Shown in pieces: positions 16,138-29,915 of a stretch of 64,000 nucleotides of DNA. Numbering within the stretch: position 1 is the first letter of the stretch; each line of letters begins with the position of its first letter. The translations under genes were made by a program, and so were the position numbers. The DNA is from Eledone cirrhosa (taxonomy: Eukaryota). Where the stretch lies: NCBI GenBank assembly GCA_964016885.1, contig OZ024743.1:239568001-239632000 (forward strand), read 5' to 3'. The notes below the pieces were generated by a model, which saw nothing but the letters and a program-made list of their open reading frames with translations, was not told the origin of the DNA and did no database searches.

Positions 16138-16314
16138 GTTTTAATATAGATGAGATTCTACAGGACGAGAACTGTTTCATTCATTAGAAATCATCTTCTA
16201 ATGAATGAAACAGTTCTAGTCCTGTAGAATCTCATCTATATTAAAACTGTTATACTCTGCTATGTATTGAGTACCTTACTTACTGTGGTTACCTCCGATT
16301 CAACCCGGAATAAC

Positions 16315-16316
<2 letters not shown>
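16138..16316. mobile_element. Family D head-to-head palindrome (HHR 3' half plus tail)
   Basis: Arms 16138-16189 / 16196-16248 around ATCATC, the reverse complement of the GATGAT core part. Confidence 0.85.
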
Positions 16317-16370
<54 letters not shown>

Positions 16371-16419
16371 TATATATACATATATATAAATATATATATA
16401 GATTCAGAATATATATATC

Positions 16420-16553
16420 CAGAATTAGCCGTCGAAACGGCTTGAGCTCAGCCGTCGGGGTCCTACTCGTTCCTATTACCCACTCTCCTACCTAAGTATT
16501 GAGTACTTTGGTGCGTTATGGTCCATCTGGTTCCTTACCACATTTCCTTCGTT
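16420..16553 (+). mobile_element. Family E PLE-type tail with the 3' half of an HHR
   Basis: GAAAC-GGCT-TGAGCTC-AGCC-GTC; copies at 24096-24160(+), 34177-34295(-) and 42905-42953(+). Confidence 0.7.
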
Positions 16554-16566
16554 ATATATATTCATA

Positions 16567-16762
<196 letters not shown>

Positions 16763-16793
16763 GAATATATTATATATATATATATATATATAA

Positions 16794-16825
<32 letters not shown>

Positions 16826-17121
16826 ATGTGTGTGTGTATACATATATGTGTATGTATGTGAAATTGAGTAATATTCTCATATGGTTCTGTCTATGTGATG
16901 TGTATCAATATATCTGGGTTCACATTTCAGTGTATTGATTCTGATATATCTAACATTATGTGAAGCTGTGTGTAAGTAACCGGGTATGAGAGTGTCTGTG
17001 CTTCAATTACGCGGGATTTGTCTGCATAATTATGTATATTCTCGTGTATTGCGAGAGAAGACACAAGATAGTGGACATGATCATTTTATATAAATATATA
17101 TGTACTACATTGTTAGATTAT

Positions 17122-17164
<43 letters not shown>

Positions 17165-17365
17165 TTTTGAACAATAAAGAAAGAATTAGGCCTCAGCTTA
17201 CGATCGTTTGAGCGTGCAAAACAAGTTAACCTTGAAAAGCAAATCCAATCTGCAGTCTGTTCCCAGAAACAATGATTTGAGATGTTTACTGTATAAATTT
17301 ATATATATATTAAAGAACATATCTCCTTGAATTTAAGGTAAAATGGTGGAATACATGTGAAAGTG

Positions 17366-17479
<114 letters not shown>

Positions 17480-18180
17480 TGCGAGTTAATTTCAGCAGGC
17501 TGCTGCATTAATTAGACAACTGGAATACCTATCATCGAAACAAGCGACAGTACCTGGCATCACATTGATTTACATATTTTTAATACCAATTTGACATAAA
17601 TATACATCAATATGCTTAGAATATGCAGCATCTAGATGATATTTCTATATTCTGTTAAACATACTTGACTTATGATCCCGATTAATTTCGTTTGATCGTC
17701 TTGTTGTGACATCAATAAGTGACAAACGGTACACAGTGGATGCGACCTTTAACGAAACGAACCTACCCTTCAGGATAAATATAACTTTTATAGAATCTCT
17801 TAAAATTTACTACTTCGCCTTTGGGGAAAGTCATTCACCGTCTTCTCTGTAGTTTATTAGGTCGGTACAAGCAAATTAATTGATACAAAAGAAAGACAAC
17901 AGTACAAACTACATAACCTACAGTCATGAAATAGTTTACATTGGATAATGCAGTCCAAGATAAATATTTAAGTGTTAAAATGCGAGATGATCATAGCTTG
18001 AATGTTTTATCATGTAAACTATCAGGGCCAACTACGTGCTATATAATAAAAACACCTTCTTCAGATGTGAGCAATAGGCGTATCACATGTTTTAACCTAC
18101 CCATAAATCAAGCGTAACCTTATTTCTGCCCTCTGGTTTATGATGAATGTATCATGATTGTTGAGGATTTGAAGCTGAAA

Positions 18181-18480
18181 TAATTGTTTCAATTTTAGCA
18201 CAAGGACAGCAGTTATCCCAGTGAATTACTGGTACTTTATTTTGTCGATCCCGTAAGGATGAAAGGCAAAGTTAACCTCGGAGGGATTTGAACAATAAGA
18301 ATAACAATTGTTTCTATGTTTGGCACAAGGCCAGCAATTATTCCAGTGCATTACTGGTACTTTATTTTGTTGACTCTGTAAGGATGAAAGGCAAAGTTAA
18401 CCTCGGCAGGATTTGAACTCAGACCGTAAAGGGACGTAACTCTATTCCGCAAAGCATGGCGTCCGACCCTCAACTGATAC
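18181..18480 (-). mobile_element. Two adjacent SINE copies, main family (18181-18292 partial, 18305-18480)
   Basis: Match to the SINE consensus. Confidence 0.85.
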
Positions 18481-18651
18481 TAAAGTTTTCAGTGGAGTAA
18501 ATATTATTTGGTACTTATAATGTTTTCTTCCAATCATTACACTCTCTTTTGAGGTGCGTCTAATGCAACGAAACACCTTATAAGCTGCGAAACATGGTAG
18601 TTGACATATGGTGTCCCATTTTCCTAAAAGGAACAGAAGAGGACCACAGCT

Positions 18652-18830
18652 AATGGCAGTATCGGTAGAGAGTCGGACACCATGCTTTGCAGCATAGTTA
18701 CGAACCTTTATGATCTGAGTTCAAATCACACTGAGGTTAACTTTGCCTATCATTTTACGGGGTCGATAAAATAAAGTACCAGTAATGCACTGGATAATTT
18801 CTGGTCTTGTGCCAAAGGTAGAAACAATTA
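18652..18830 (+). mobile_element. SINE, main family
   Basis: Match to the SINE consensus with A and B boxes. Confidence 0.85.
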
Positions 18831-18924
18831 TTAACTAGTTGATGATACAGCACGTGTGGAGAATCTTAATCTAATTCTTTCGACGTGTTAATGTAATCAG
18901 TTGATCAGTTATAAAATCCGTATC

Positions 18925-19923
18925 ATATTCTGTTCGTAAGGCCAGATGTCTCATTCGGAAAGCATGTAGTACATACAGTTCGACTGAGGAATAACTATCG
19001 AGACTCGAAATCAACCTCATTAAGAATTTTTACCTTTGTTTTTAATCAACTAACCCAGAAAATAATTATAATATTCGAATAAGGGTTATATAGTATATTA
19101 TATAAAAAAATACTTGATAGATTTTTCATATTTTGTACGCATCTACTTCTATTGTTTGTGGGTGTGAAGATAGGTAGATAATTAAATAGACAGATATATG
19201 TGTTTGTTTCTATGTGGGCATGTGTACGTGTATGAGTGTATTAAGTGAAATAAAGGACAGTTCCATCTATATAAAATACACACTACGCCTGTGTTGAGAT
19301 CTTTCTTCTAGGGGTACCTATAAGTGGTAATATGCATATATATACACACACATATATTTATATGTATAGATATATATACATAAACACATAAACATATGTA
19401 TGGGTGTGAATGTATGTGCGTGTGGACTTAACATATATATATGTGTGTGTGTGTCCGTGTTTATGTGTGTGTACGTGTGTACACACACACAAACACGGAC
19501 ACACACACACATATATATGCATATTACCACTTATAGGTACCCCTAGAAGAAAGATCTCAACACAGGCGTAGTGTGTATTTTATATAGATGGAACTGTCCT
19601 TTATTTCACTTAATACACTCATACACGTACAGATGCCCACATAGAAACAAACACATATATCTGTCTATTTAATTATCTACCTATCTTCACACCCACAAAC
19701 AATAGAAGTAGATGCGTACAAAATAAGAAAAATCTATCATGTATTTTTTTATATAATATACTATATAACCCTTATTCGAATATTATAATTGTTTTCTGGG
19801 TTAGTTGATTCAAACCAAAGGTAAAAATTCTTAATGAGGTTGATTTCGAGTCTCGTTAGGTATTCCTCAGTCGAACTGTATGTACTACATGCTTTCCGAA
19901 TGTATATATTACGAACAGAATAT
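18925..19923. repeat. About 1-kb inverted duplication (arms about 410 bp, microsatellite-rich spacer)
   Basis: 18925-19342 is the reverse complement of 19511-19923 with scattered mismatches. Confidence 0.9.
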
Positions 19924-19931
19924 ACACACGT

Positions 19932-20001
<70 letters not shown>

Positions 20002-20266
20002 GGGGAAAACAAAAAGGATTGGGAAGAGAGATTCAGCAAGAGTAATTGAGAGACAAACTTTACATCCGAAATGCTGAGATATTTGAAACGTATATTTTTT
20101 AGATAGTTTACTGTAAAAGCAGGTGAAAAATGTTAACCTGGGGCGATCAGACGAAAACGGCCAGTTGACAACAAATTCCTGTCAACAGTATGGGCATGCA
20201 ACACATTCCTATTGCTATACGTACACATACACATGCACGGACGTATATATACGTATATATATATAA

Positions 20267-20372
<106 letters not shown>

Positions 20373-20375
20373 TTT

Positions 20376-20475
20376 CTCCTTCAGCAATAGTGCAACACAC
20401 CCACTGTAACTTACGAAGCTGTAGTCACTTCTAACCGACCAAATCAACAACAAGAGGTCAACTTCTATGTAGGAT
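20376..20475 (+). mobile_element. Internal fragment of the same PLE family as 6358-7227 (EN VVY..YVG region)
   Basis: Aligns with about 6806-6905 (AACCGACCAAATCAAC..CAAGAGGTCAA..CTATGT). Confidence 0.8.
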
Positions 20476-21500
20476 TATAAGGTTCGGAGAGAGAAAGTTG
20501 GAAAAGGAACGTTGTAAGATTGGAAAAATCAGATTTAAGATGACTGAGGAGTATTGGTGAAACGTCAGGGAGACGGGGTGGGAGTAGAGCTGGAGTGTTC
20601 AGGTGTGCTGTGGGTGCTGTTTCGTGTGTGCGGATGGAGTGCATTTCCTGGGCTTTCAATATGTTTTGGTGTTATGTGTGTGATTTGTGTATCATTGATT
20701 GAATTGTGCGTGTGTATGTTTATATATGAGTGTGGGTATACATTTGTGTGTCTGAAGCTTTTGTTTTTTTGTGTGTGTGTGTGTTTCAACGTTGATGCGT
20801 GTGTATATACACGAGTGTGTTTGTGAGGTCTTTGTGTACTTTAATGTGTGCCTGTGTTTACACGTTTATATGTTTGGGTCAATTTATTCGGTTATTAGTT
20901 TGTGTATCTAAGTATGTTTATGCGTGTGTGTGCATAAGCTTGAATTACTGTAATCATGTGTGATATAATCTGGGACTGAAATCGAAGCATGCAGCAAGGA
21001 ATTGAGTGTAGCCATCAAAGCTAGACTATTTCAGGAAGTGGCGAGAGGGGGTGGGATGACTGTGTATAGCCCATTAAGAATGGAAGTCTTATGGGGTGAA
21101 GATATGGTGAAGTAGAATGAGAAAATAGGGTAGTTGTTACTAGGGACATTGTGGGGCGAACTATTTGTGGTGGTTTGGGTGGTGGACGTCGTATTAGAGT
21201 GTGCATGTGTGTGCGCGTACAGATAGTAAACTAGTGCAGTGTTAATGTTTAAGTTGACTGTGTAACATACTTGGCGTGTTAGTATGATTAGTTAGTTAAT
21301 TAGAAATGTTAGTAAAATTAAATGTGTATCTATGGTCGTGTTGGTGTAACTAATTAATTAGTTGTGTGACTGTGTGAGTGTTGTTTCGTACTTGTGTGTA
21401 TTAATGTGTCTATGAGTGTGCATATAAGTGGCTGTGTTATTGGTAGTTCACGCTTATTGGTGTGAGAGTGGATGGGAAGAGAGTGTTGGGAAAGGGCAGG

Positions 21501-21876
21501 CTAAAGGAAGAACGGTGTGGCATTTAGGCCGTGTCGGAAAAAAGTTTCGAGAGATGAAATAAGGTGCTGCTAAGTGCTAGCGCTCCTAAAGCGTGAGTCC
21601 GGTCTCTGGGGCTAGCAACGAGGTGGAACATTTTGAGGTGGGGGATGGAGAGTACGGTGGAGTGGAAATGATAGACAACTGGAGATTAGTTGCTGAACTG
21701 GATGTTTGGAAGACGCTCGTTGAATCTGCACGCTTATCGACGACCGGATTCTCCAATATAGATAGCCTCGCATAGAATGCAGCGGAGCCCGTATACAGGA
21801 ATGAAGGATGTGCTTCAGAAGAATTCTCTGACTTGGAAGGCCTGACCATTGAGGTCTGTGTAGGATGAGGTGCTGG
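21501..21876 (-). pseudogene. GIY-YIG endonuclease remnant of a Neptune-like Penelope element
   Basis: Minus frame absent from the ORF track: VREFF*STSFIPVYGLRCILCEAIYIGESGRR*ACRFNE..PVVYHF.. then frameshifted ..QHLISSLETF..HGLN; GT-rich 3' UTR extends toward about 20480. Confidence 0.85.
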
Positions 21877-21890
21877 TATATATATATATA

Positions 21891-22222
21891 AATTAATAAA
21901 AATAATGAAATAAAAACAAAGAACAAGTTCCTTCTATTAAAAAATGCATCATTTTACGATCGTTTCTGGGATGTATATGTGTGTTGGTATGTATATCATT
22001 TAGATCTATGTAAAAATATTACAAATTATCAGAATCATTTCTGAGGACGGCATGTATATGTGAAGGTATGTATATTTCCTGTGATAATTTGTAATATTTT
22101 TACATAGATCTATATGATATACATACCAACACACATATACATCCCAGAAACCATCGTAAAATGATGAATTTTTTAATATAAGGAACTTGCTCTTTGTTTT
22201 TATTTCATTGTTTTTATTAATC
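21891..22222. mobile_element. Family B head-to-head palindrome
   Basis: Arms 21891-22031 / 22082-22222; tail copy also at 5379-5440. Confidence 0.85.
22034..22165 (+). ncRNA. Type I HHR with long stem II (family B)
   Basis: ATCATTT-CTGAGGA-CGGCATGTATATGTG...CACATATACATCCCA-GAAA-CCATCGT-A-AAATGAT; the left arm gives palindromic stem III ACGATCGT. Confidence 0.75.
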
Positions 22223-22330
22223 TATATTGACTCTGTTTTCCTATGATTTTTATCGAAAATGTTTGAATGCATCTTCTCTTTTCATGATATTTGGATTACA
22301 TTGAGTTCTTCATACAGATTGGACACTACC

Positions 22331-22380
<50 letters not shown>

Positions 22381-22382
<2 letters not shown>

Positions 22383-22951
22383 CGTTTCTGAATTTGTTTA
22401 GCAAGATTCTTTATCTGAAATCGTGTGTTGAAACCGATATTGTTATACTTTGGGAGGGTCATGTTGCCAATAAGAAACACACGCACCAGTTGCTTTCACT
22501 TCAATTTATTACAATAAATTTATAATAAATTTATAAATTTATATATTTCTGGTTGGTTGGTTGGTTCCACAACCAGATAGTTGTTTATATATAGTCATAG
22601 TTCTTTCGTCACACACTCTGTGACCTCTTCAGTGACTGGGGATTCCTTTCTTTGTTTCTGTGCCTCTCCTTTGTTCTGTCCTACGCCATTTTGTTTCAGA
22701 AACAAAATGGCGTAGGACAGAACAAAGGAGAGAGACAGAAACAAAGAAAGGAATCCCCAGTCACTGAAGAGGTCACAGAGTGTGTGACGAAAGAACTATG
22801 ACAATACATAAACAACTATCTGGTTGTGGAACCAACCAACCAACCAGAAATTTATAAATTTATAAATTTATTATAAATTTATTGTAATAAATTGAAGTGA
22901 AAGCAACTGGTGCGTGTGTTTCTTGTTGGCAACATGACCTTCCCAAAGTAT

Positions 22952-22958
<7 letters not shown>
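22381..22958. mobile_element. Family C head-to-head palindrome (about 260-bp arms, apex 22698) = 3' UTR of the PLE at 61280-62320
   Basis: Near-perfect IR; HHR in each arm at 22593-22637(-) and 22760-22802(+): GTCA-CTGAAGA-G-GTCACA..TGTGAC-GAAA-GAACT-A-TGAC. Confidence 0.88.
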
Positions 22959-22999
<41 letters not shown>

Positions 23000-23715
23000 T
23001 CCGACATACCTGTAAATGACGAATATCTAATGATATGCGGTGTTTAATAAATAAACATTCGAAAGCGTAGCTATGAATATTGAAAGGCTGGCGGCAAGTA
23101 CCGACTAGCGGATTCCGGCAGAAACAGCAGGGGACAACTGTGTATGCATGTTCAGGCTCTGGCCATCATCAGGGCTGTGCTTCCCCCACTATCTGCTATT
23201 AACTTTAAACAAGCGAACATATATAGATTTTTTACCTGTGTAGATGGGCTGATTAGCCCATTTGCATGTGGAGTTGTGTAAGTTTGCTCAACTTCAAAGT
23301 AGAAATAAAAAAAACTATATAGATATGTGTGTGTGTGTGTGCATATATGTAAACATATATAACAGATATGTTTGTATACATGCATACATGCACACACACG
23401 CACGCACGCACACACGCACACACGCACACACGCATACACACACACGCATATATATATCTATACATATATCTATACACATATATATATATATATATGTTTA
23501 TACTGATATACTATATATTCATATGTGTCAGTGTATGTGTGTTAATACTGTCATTAGATGGCCATAAACTGTACTGTAGAAATGTCGCTTGCCATAGTTA
23601 CGTAGAATATGTTTATGTGTTATCATCTGATGTAAAGTTCAAATATACAAACACATCTAAATTGCTCCCCCACCCCCATACACTCAAGCAATCACTTTTA
23701 CACACATACACACTC

Positions 23716-23768
<53 letters not shown>

Positions 23769-23892
23769 ATATATATCAAACCGCAAAAGCCTATTTATGT
23801 TAGCAGCTTGACTGATGTATGCATCACTAACCAGTTTCGTAAACGTAAACACATCTTCTACATTGCTTAGTAATGCATATTTTTGCCTGTGT

Positions 23893-23923
<31 letters not shown>

Positions 23924-23969
23924 CATATATACATACATATATACATACATATATATATATACATACACA

Positions 23970-24052
<83 letters not shown>

Positions 24053-24354
24053 TGTATATATATAGAGAGAGATATATATATGTATATATATATATACCTT
24101 AAGTATTGAGTAATCTGGTGCGTTATGGTTCATCTGGTTCCTTACCACACCCCCTTCGTTATATATATATATATGTATATATGTATATATATAAACAAAT
24201 GTATATACGTATATATATATATAGATGTATATATATAAGAAATGTATATATGTATATATATAAAGAAAAACGAGGAAGTTTCGTTTAAATGTATCGGCCT
24301 ATTACGCTCGTTTCGCGGAGGATTCGCTCAAGGTCACTCATATGAATTATGGAG

Positions 24355-24720
24355 CCGACTCCATGCCGCATCCCAGCTAAAGGATTTACCACCTTTAAAG
24401 AGAAGAGAGTAATTCCGCCGTGACGCTCGCCGTCACTACGATCGAAGCCTACTGGCTCGAGTTGTGACGGGAAACTGGCTGAGTGGAGGCTCCTTCTCGT
24501 TATGTTATTGAGCGTGGCATCTCGAGGGAACCGGCCAGCTTTCCTGTGGCATGATAATCGGTACAGGCAGACCTCATCCTCGAGAGCCCAAAAACGGCAT
24601 TTATGTTGCTCACACGCGCGGGGGTTGAGGCGTGTTGGGCTACGCCGATGCGAGTGCATTCGTCATGAAGAAGGGTACCGGTTGATGGACACAGAATTAG
24701 CGTTATTTTACGGTGTAGGG
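24355..24720 (-). pseudogene. CRE-like non-LTR retrotransposon remnant (zinc knuckle plus restriction-like endonuclease)
   Basis: Frameshifted PSTGTLLHDECTRIGVA..RL..CEQHKCRF..LSCHRKAGRFPRDATLNNITRRSL.SA.FPSQLEPVGFDRSDGERHGGITLF, matching the known RH..LN..LEP.G..R.DG.RPDG.T pattern. Confidence 0.75.
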
Positions 24721-25259
24721 AATACATTTTGTATTCTGCTCTTGAGGATATCTGAACGTTTTCATCAATTCTATAGTTAGTATAGATTTAATTCATATAA
24801 TGCATTGGTGTGGATTGTGTATTTTGAAAAGATGTACTGTCTGATGTATTTGTTGTGTTGTATATCTTGTAATGTTCAATATTATTGTAATGTTCGTTAC
24901 AATGATCATTGATTAATGTTTGTTTCATTCTATGCATTTCTACATCTAATGCTTCAATCTCTTTGCACTTATCAGTAGCAATTTCACCACTGACATTTTG
25001 TATGTGGACATTTGCTATATCCATGTAGGTATATGTATCTATTTATCTGTTTACTGAAGACAGATATTATATGTATTTTATCTATTTGAAAGTTTATATC
25101 CACGCATTGTTTCTATGTATTACCGGTCATTTTATTTCAACTTTTCTTCTTCTTGAAATTTATTTCAGTTTAAATTTGATGTTTACATTCTACTTATATA
25201 TTGAGTATCTTACTGTAGTTACCTCCGATTGAACACGGGACTTATACATACACACACGC

Positions 25260-25369
<110 letters not shown>

Positions 25370-25391
25370 ATATATATATATATATGTGTAT

Positions 25392-25448
<57 letters not shown>

Positions 25449-25579
25449 CACACACATGAAGGATATACTTGATACAATAGATATATCGAAAGACGTCGAG
25501 AAATGATATAAGTGTGTGCGTGCGCGTATTTGCATACACACATATATGTATATATATATATAAGTGCCCTTGGTGTTAT

Positions 25580-25612
<33 letters not shown>

Positions 25613-25621
25613 CATATATAT

Positions 25622-25740
<119 letters not shown>

Positions 25741-25950
25741 GAATATATATATATATATATATATATATTCGTTTGAACTGCTGCTATTTCTAGTAGCAGG
25801 ACATTGACCTGTCCGCCCTGCCTTCTGTCTTTACACACGGCACTAGGCAAAATGCTTTCTTTCCTCATTCACTCTCATTCGGGAACAGTTTTGTATGGCG
25901 CCAGTTTGTGATTTGAACTCGGGAATTTTATATTCTCCGAGCGAGAAGAA

Positions 25951-26033
25951 CCTTCTGACGATAGTCCCTTTCTCAATGAAAAAACCGCTTGGATTATCTG
26001 TTTATTTTGGGATTTGAAACCGCCCGGTAAAGG
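25951..26033 (+). ncRNA. Type I hammerhead ribozyme in a PLE-type 3' end (about 25770-26108)
   Basis: CCTT-CTGACGA-TAGTCCC...GGGATTT-GAAA-CC GCCC GGT-A-AAGG. Confidence 0.8.
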
Positions 26034-26121
26034 CACATATAGTAAGTACAGCGAACCTTTTAAAATTCATTTTAAAACCTTTTCTTTATTTGCTAGACCT
26101 TGATTTTATATATATATATAT

Positions 26122-26160
<39 letters not shown>

Positions 26161-26214
26161 CAAGGTCTAGCAAATAGAGAAAAAGTTTTAAAATAAATTA
26201 AAGTGCTCTATGTG

Positions 26215-26316
<102 letters not shown>

Positions 26317-26789
26317 TGTGTTTGTGCTTTCGTAACACTGTTTCCTATTATGGCCAAATAAAACGATTCAAAATTGGCCCTTGATGAAGGAGCGCTGGGT
26401 GCTTTGATTGCTTATTCTATTTGCCAGGTGGACTGCAAAACCTACTTCTGGATTTTCAATACATCAATCATTTCTTTAGTATGTTAAAGGGTATCGTAGT
26501 CAGTTCGGTTCCTGGTTGTTTCTATACATTATTTATTACACACGCTATTGTTTCTCCTATTTGAAACCTGGTAAACAGAGAGAAGTTAGTTAAGTTCTTT
26601 TGTTTCTAACACCAGAACTTTGGAGAAGAGGGGTGTGCGTATGCTCTATCTATCGTTAGTTAGTTATACGAACTCTATGAACTCTTCAGCTGTCAATATA
26701 GCGTATCTCTCTGGTGTGTATTGTTTGATAATGATATCTGAGTGTTTTGTGTTTTCTGAGCTGGTGTATTTATTTGAACTTTGTAAAGG

Positions 26790-27080
26790 AGCCTGGCTTA
26801 GTGGATAGGATTTTCTGCTCACCACCTTAATGTTGTCAGTTTGATTCTCGGCTGAATTATGTGTCCTTCAGTAACATAATTCAATTCATGTTGTTTTAGT
26901 TATCTCAGCTGGAAAAAAAAGTATTTGCAGCTTTGATTCAAAAGGCCAGCCTTGTCACACTAAATATTCCAGAGATCTACGTTATGGTGAAATGTCACTG
27001 TGAAATACCCGTTAATTTCATGCACAGGTTGTTCCGTCGTTCAAAAAATGGAACACTCGTCATCAGAACCGATGGATGTC
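26790..27080 (+). mobile_element. Degenerate tRNA-derived SINE (second family)
   Basis: A box TGGCTTAGTGG, B-box-like GTTTGATTC; body shared with 3075-3260 and 38980-39110. Confidence 0.6.
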
Positions 27081-27772
27081 CAACACACAGACATTTATTG
27101 GAAATATTATGACTTGGAAAGGTTTGCTTTATATATTTTTAATGTTGGGTAGATATCAAAGGAGAACTCATTGCTGGATGAAGATTTAGAAAGTGCTTTT
27201 ACACAGTGTTTGGTTAAACAACTTATACGAGCTTTCTTATATGAATAGCAATATCCCTTGATCCTCCAGGGTTGAGGAGGGGTGTAAGCACCTGAGTAAA
27301 GCTCTATATTAGCGGAACAATAGAAGAAGTAGAATAGAAGAGGAAGCAAAGAAGATAAGATGTAAATTATATGTAGAAAGAAGAGAGAAATGAATTTTGA
27401 AGAAGACAAAATTGATACAAATTCACATAGAATTCTTTGTTGTATTTGACTTAGCCCTTCATGGTCTGTGTTCAAATTCCGCCAAGAGAAAGTGGTGCTA
27501 TTATTGGAAGTAGTGGTGATGGTGCCATTGATAGCAGTGGTGATGATAGTCGTGGCGGTGTTGGTGGTGGTGGTGGTGATGGTAGTGTTAGCGGGCGTAG
27601 TAGTGACGGTGGGAGTGGTGCTGATGATAGCAATGAGGGTAGAGCTAATGGTGGGTGCCGGTAGTGGTGGCAGTCATGATGAACCAGGCGTTGTTTTCTT
27701 TTGGGATTTTATGGCGTTTTTGTTTGTCTTCTTGTGTGAATGTGTGTGTCTGTGTGTGTGTATCTATATACG

Positions 27773-27884
<112 letters not shown>

Positions 27885-28841
27885 TATAGATATATATACA
27901 CGCATAGATACATTCCTGATTATTGCGAATTTGTGTGTCTTAGAAGAGACTGCGTATGTTTAAGAGAACTTCCACTTTTGCCAGATCAACGGTCGTTTAG
28001 TTACATCCATTATCAGCTGCCGGTCATTTACTGTCTGGACAATGGACACTTGCTTAAAACTGTCATAAGGCAGCAGGCTATGTTAGGTTTGGAGAGAGAG
28101 AGAAGGGTACGATTATATAAAAGCTATTAGCTTGTTTTGACAGTAACCAAACACCACGTGATTATAAATGGAAAATTTGATCGTTTCCATCTCATTTAGT
28201 GTTGTGATTGGGTACGTTCCAGGTTCAAATTTCCACCGGATTAGTGCTTTTCAAGCAAAGAAGATATTTGAGAGAATCGAAGGTCTACTTACAATTTAGT
28301 CAGTGAACATGCGTATCTGCCTGTCCTCTTGCTCTCTCCCTCTTCACTGTCACCCCTGCCTCTCTCTCACTGATCTCTCTCCCTGATCTCTCTCCCCTCC
28401 CTCTCTCTCTCTCTCTCTGATCCCTTTCTCTCTCTGATCCTCCCTCTCTCTCTCCCTTTCTCCCCCTCTGTGATCTCTCCAAACACTTCAAAGTTGTTCA
28501 CAGATTAATAAAAAATGGATGCACCTACATTTATCCAAAACAAATACACAGCAACTCCCATACACACTCGCGCACACGTTCTATCTATCTATATATATAT
28601 ATATATTGCCACATTCACTCACGTATAAAAACTCAAATAAACACAATCATTTTTAGACAATGTCCAAGAAAAGAAACAAAACAAAATAAAGTGTCCTCCT
28701 GTTAATCAAATCCTCATTCACCAACACAGTGATATTATTGGCTCTGGAAATATTCCGTTTCACTTCTACAATGTCATTGCTTTTCTACTACTCACTTTCT
28801 GTTTTCTGTCTACCTATCTCTCTCTTAACTGACACATGTAT

Positions 28842-28952
<111 letters not shown>

Positions 28953-29599
28953 GTATTTCTGCAAGTTTAAATATTTTTATCTCCAGTGGGTGGTAGGCTC
29001 TAAATTTTCCGTAGAGGTCCCGACACATTGCCTAGTTTAACACCACCAGCTGCCTGGTCATATGCCTCAAGCATCGAGACCAAGCTCTCTCGTTTTTTCT
29101 GCCAGCCCATGCTGTGCGTTCTGACATCGAACAGCAGATGTTCAAGCCGAACATAAATTACATCAATCTCACCAACCTGAGAGAACCTGGATATAATATG
29201 GTCATTCCTCCTTCCTTCAATGATTTACTAATGACTAACATCAAGGAGTATGTTTGCTTTCGGCATTGTAACAGTTACATGCAAGCAGATGAAGCTATTC
29301 CGATCAGATTTAATATTTTTAAACACTTTCTCGGAGAGGGAAGGACAGCGTTCACAATCTTTTATATTTTTACGGTCGCCATAACTGGGGGGGGGGGGGG
29401 GGGGGGGGGCATATTATTCCCAAACACTCTGTATGGTTATGGACAACTCGTAAGCTAGTAATGGCTTAGTTATGTCAGTTAAGAACCTCCCAAAATGAAG
29501 GGGTGAAATAGAAGATAGCTGAATCCCTCTATCTGGATATTAAAAGAGAAAGTGTCAACGCTTGTACTTTGAGGTCCACTGCAGAGAGTAGAAATGCTT

Positions 29600-29915
29600 G
29601 TAGACCTCGTGTCACATACACTGATAATGTAAAGCAGGACATTGGCCTAGAATCTAGCTAGAAACGGAAGATGGTAAAGATGGGCAGAGAATTGTGGTGA
29701 AAGTTATGTTACAGACACTGACAACCTGAAGCAGGATTCTGGCTTGGAATGTATCCAGGAACTGAAGATAGCAACGATGGACATAAAAGTGTTGTGGACG
29801 TCATGTCACAAACTTTTACAACCTGAAGGAGATTACTGGCCTGGAATATATCCAGGAACTGAAGATACCAATGATAGACAGAGAAGTGTAGAGAAGTAAA
29901 TGAGTTTCACTGGCC
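29600..29915 (+). mobile_element. RTE LINE C-terminal coding end in three degenerate tandem copies
   Basis: RPRVTYTDNVKQDIGLE / TDNLKQDSGLECIQELKIATMD / NLK..TGLEYIQELKIPMIDREV, similar to 51392-51565. Confidence 0.65.

Noticed and set aside
18984-19020. CTGAGGA...GAAA in the 1-kb inverted repeat arm
   Set aside because: Stems I and III cannot be formed; not called an HHR.
24788-25024. 78-aa minus ORF in non-repetitive sequence
   Set aside because: No diagnostic motif; may be a decayed TE N-terminal region but cannot be assigned.
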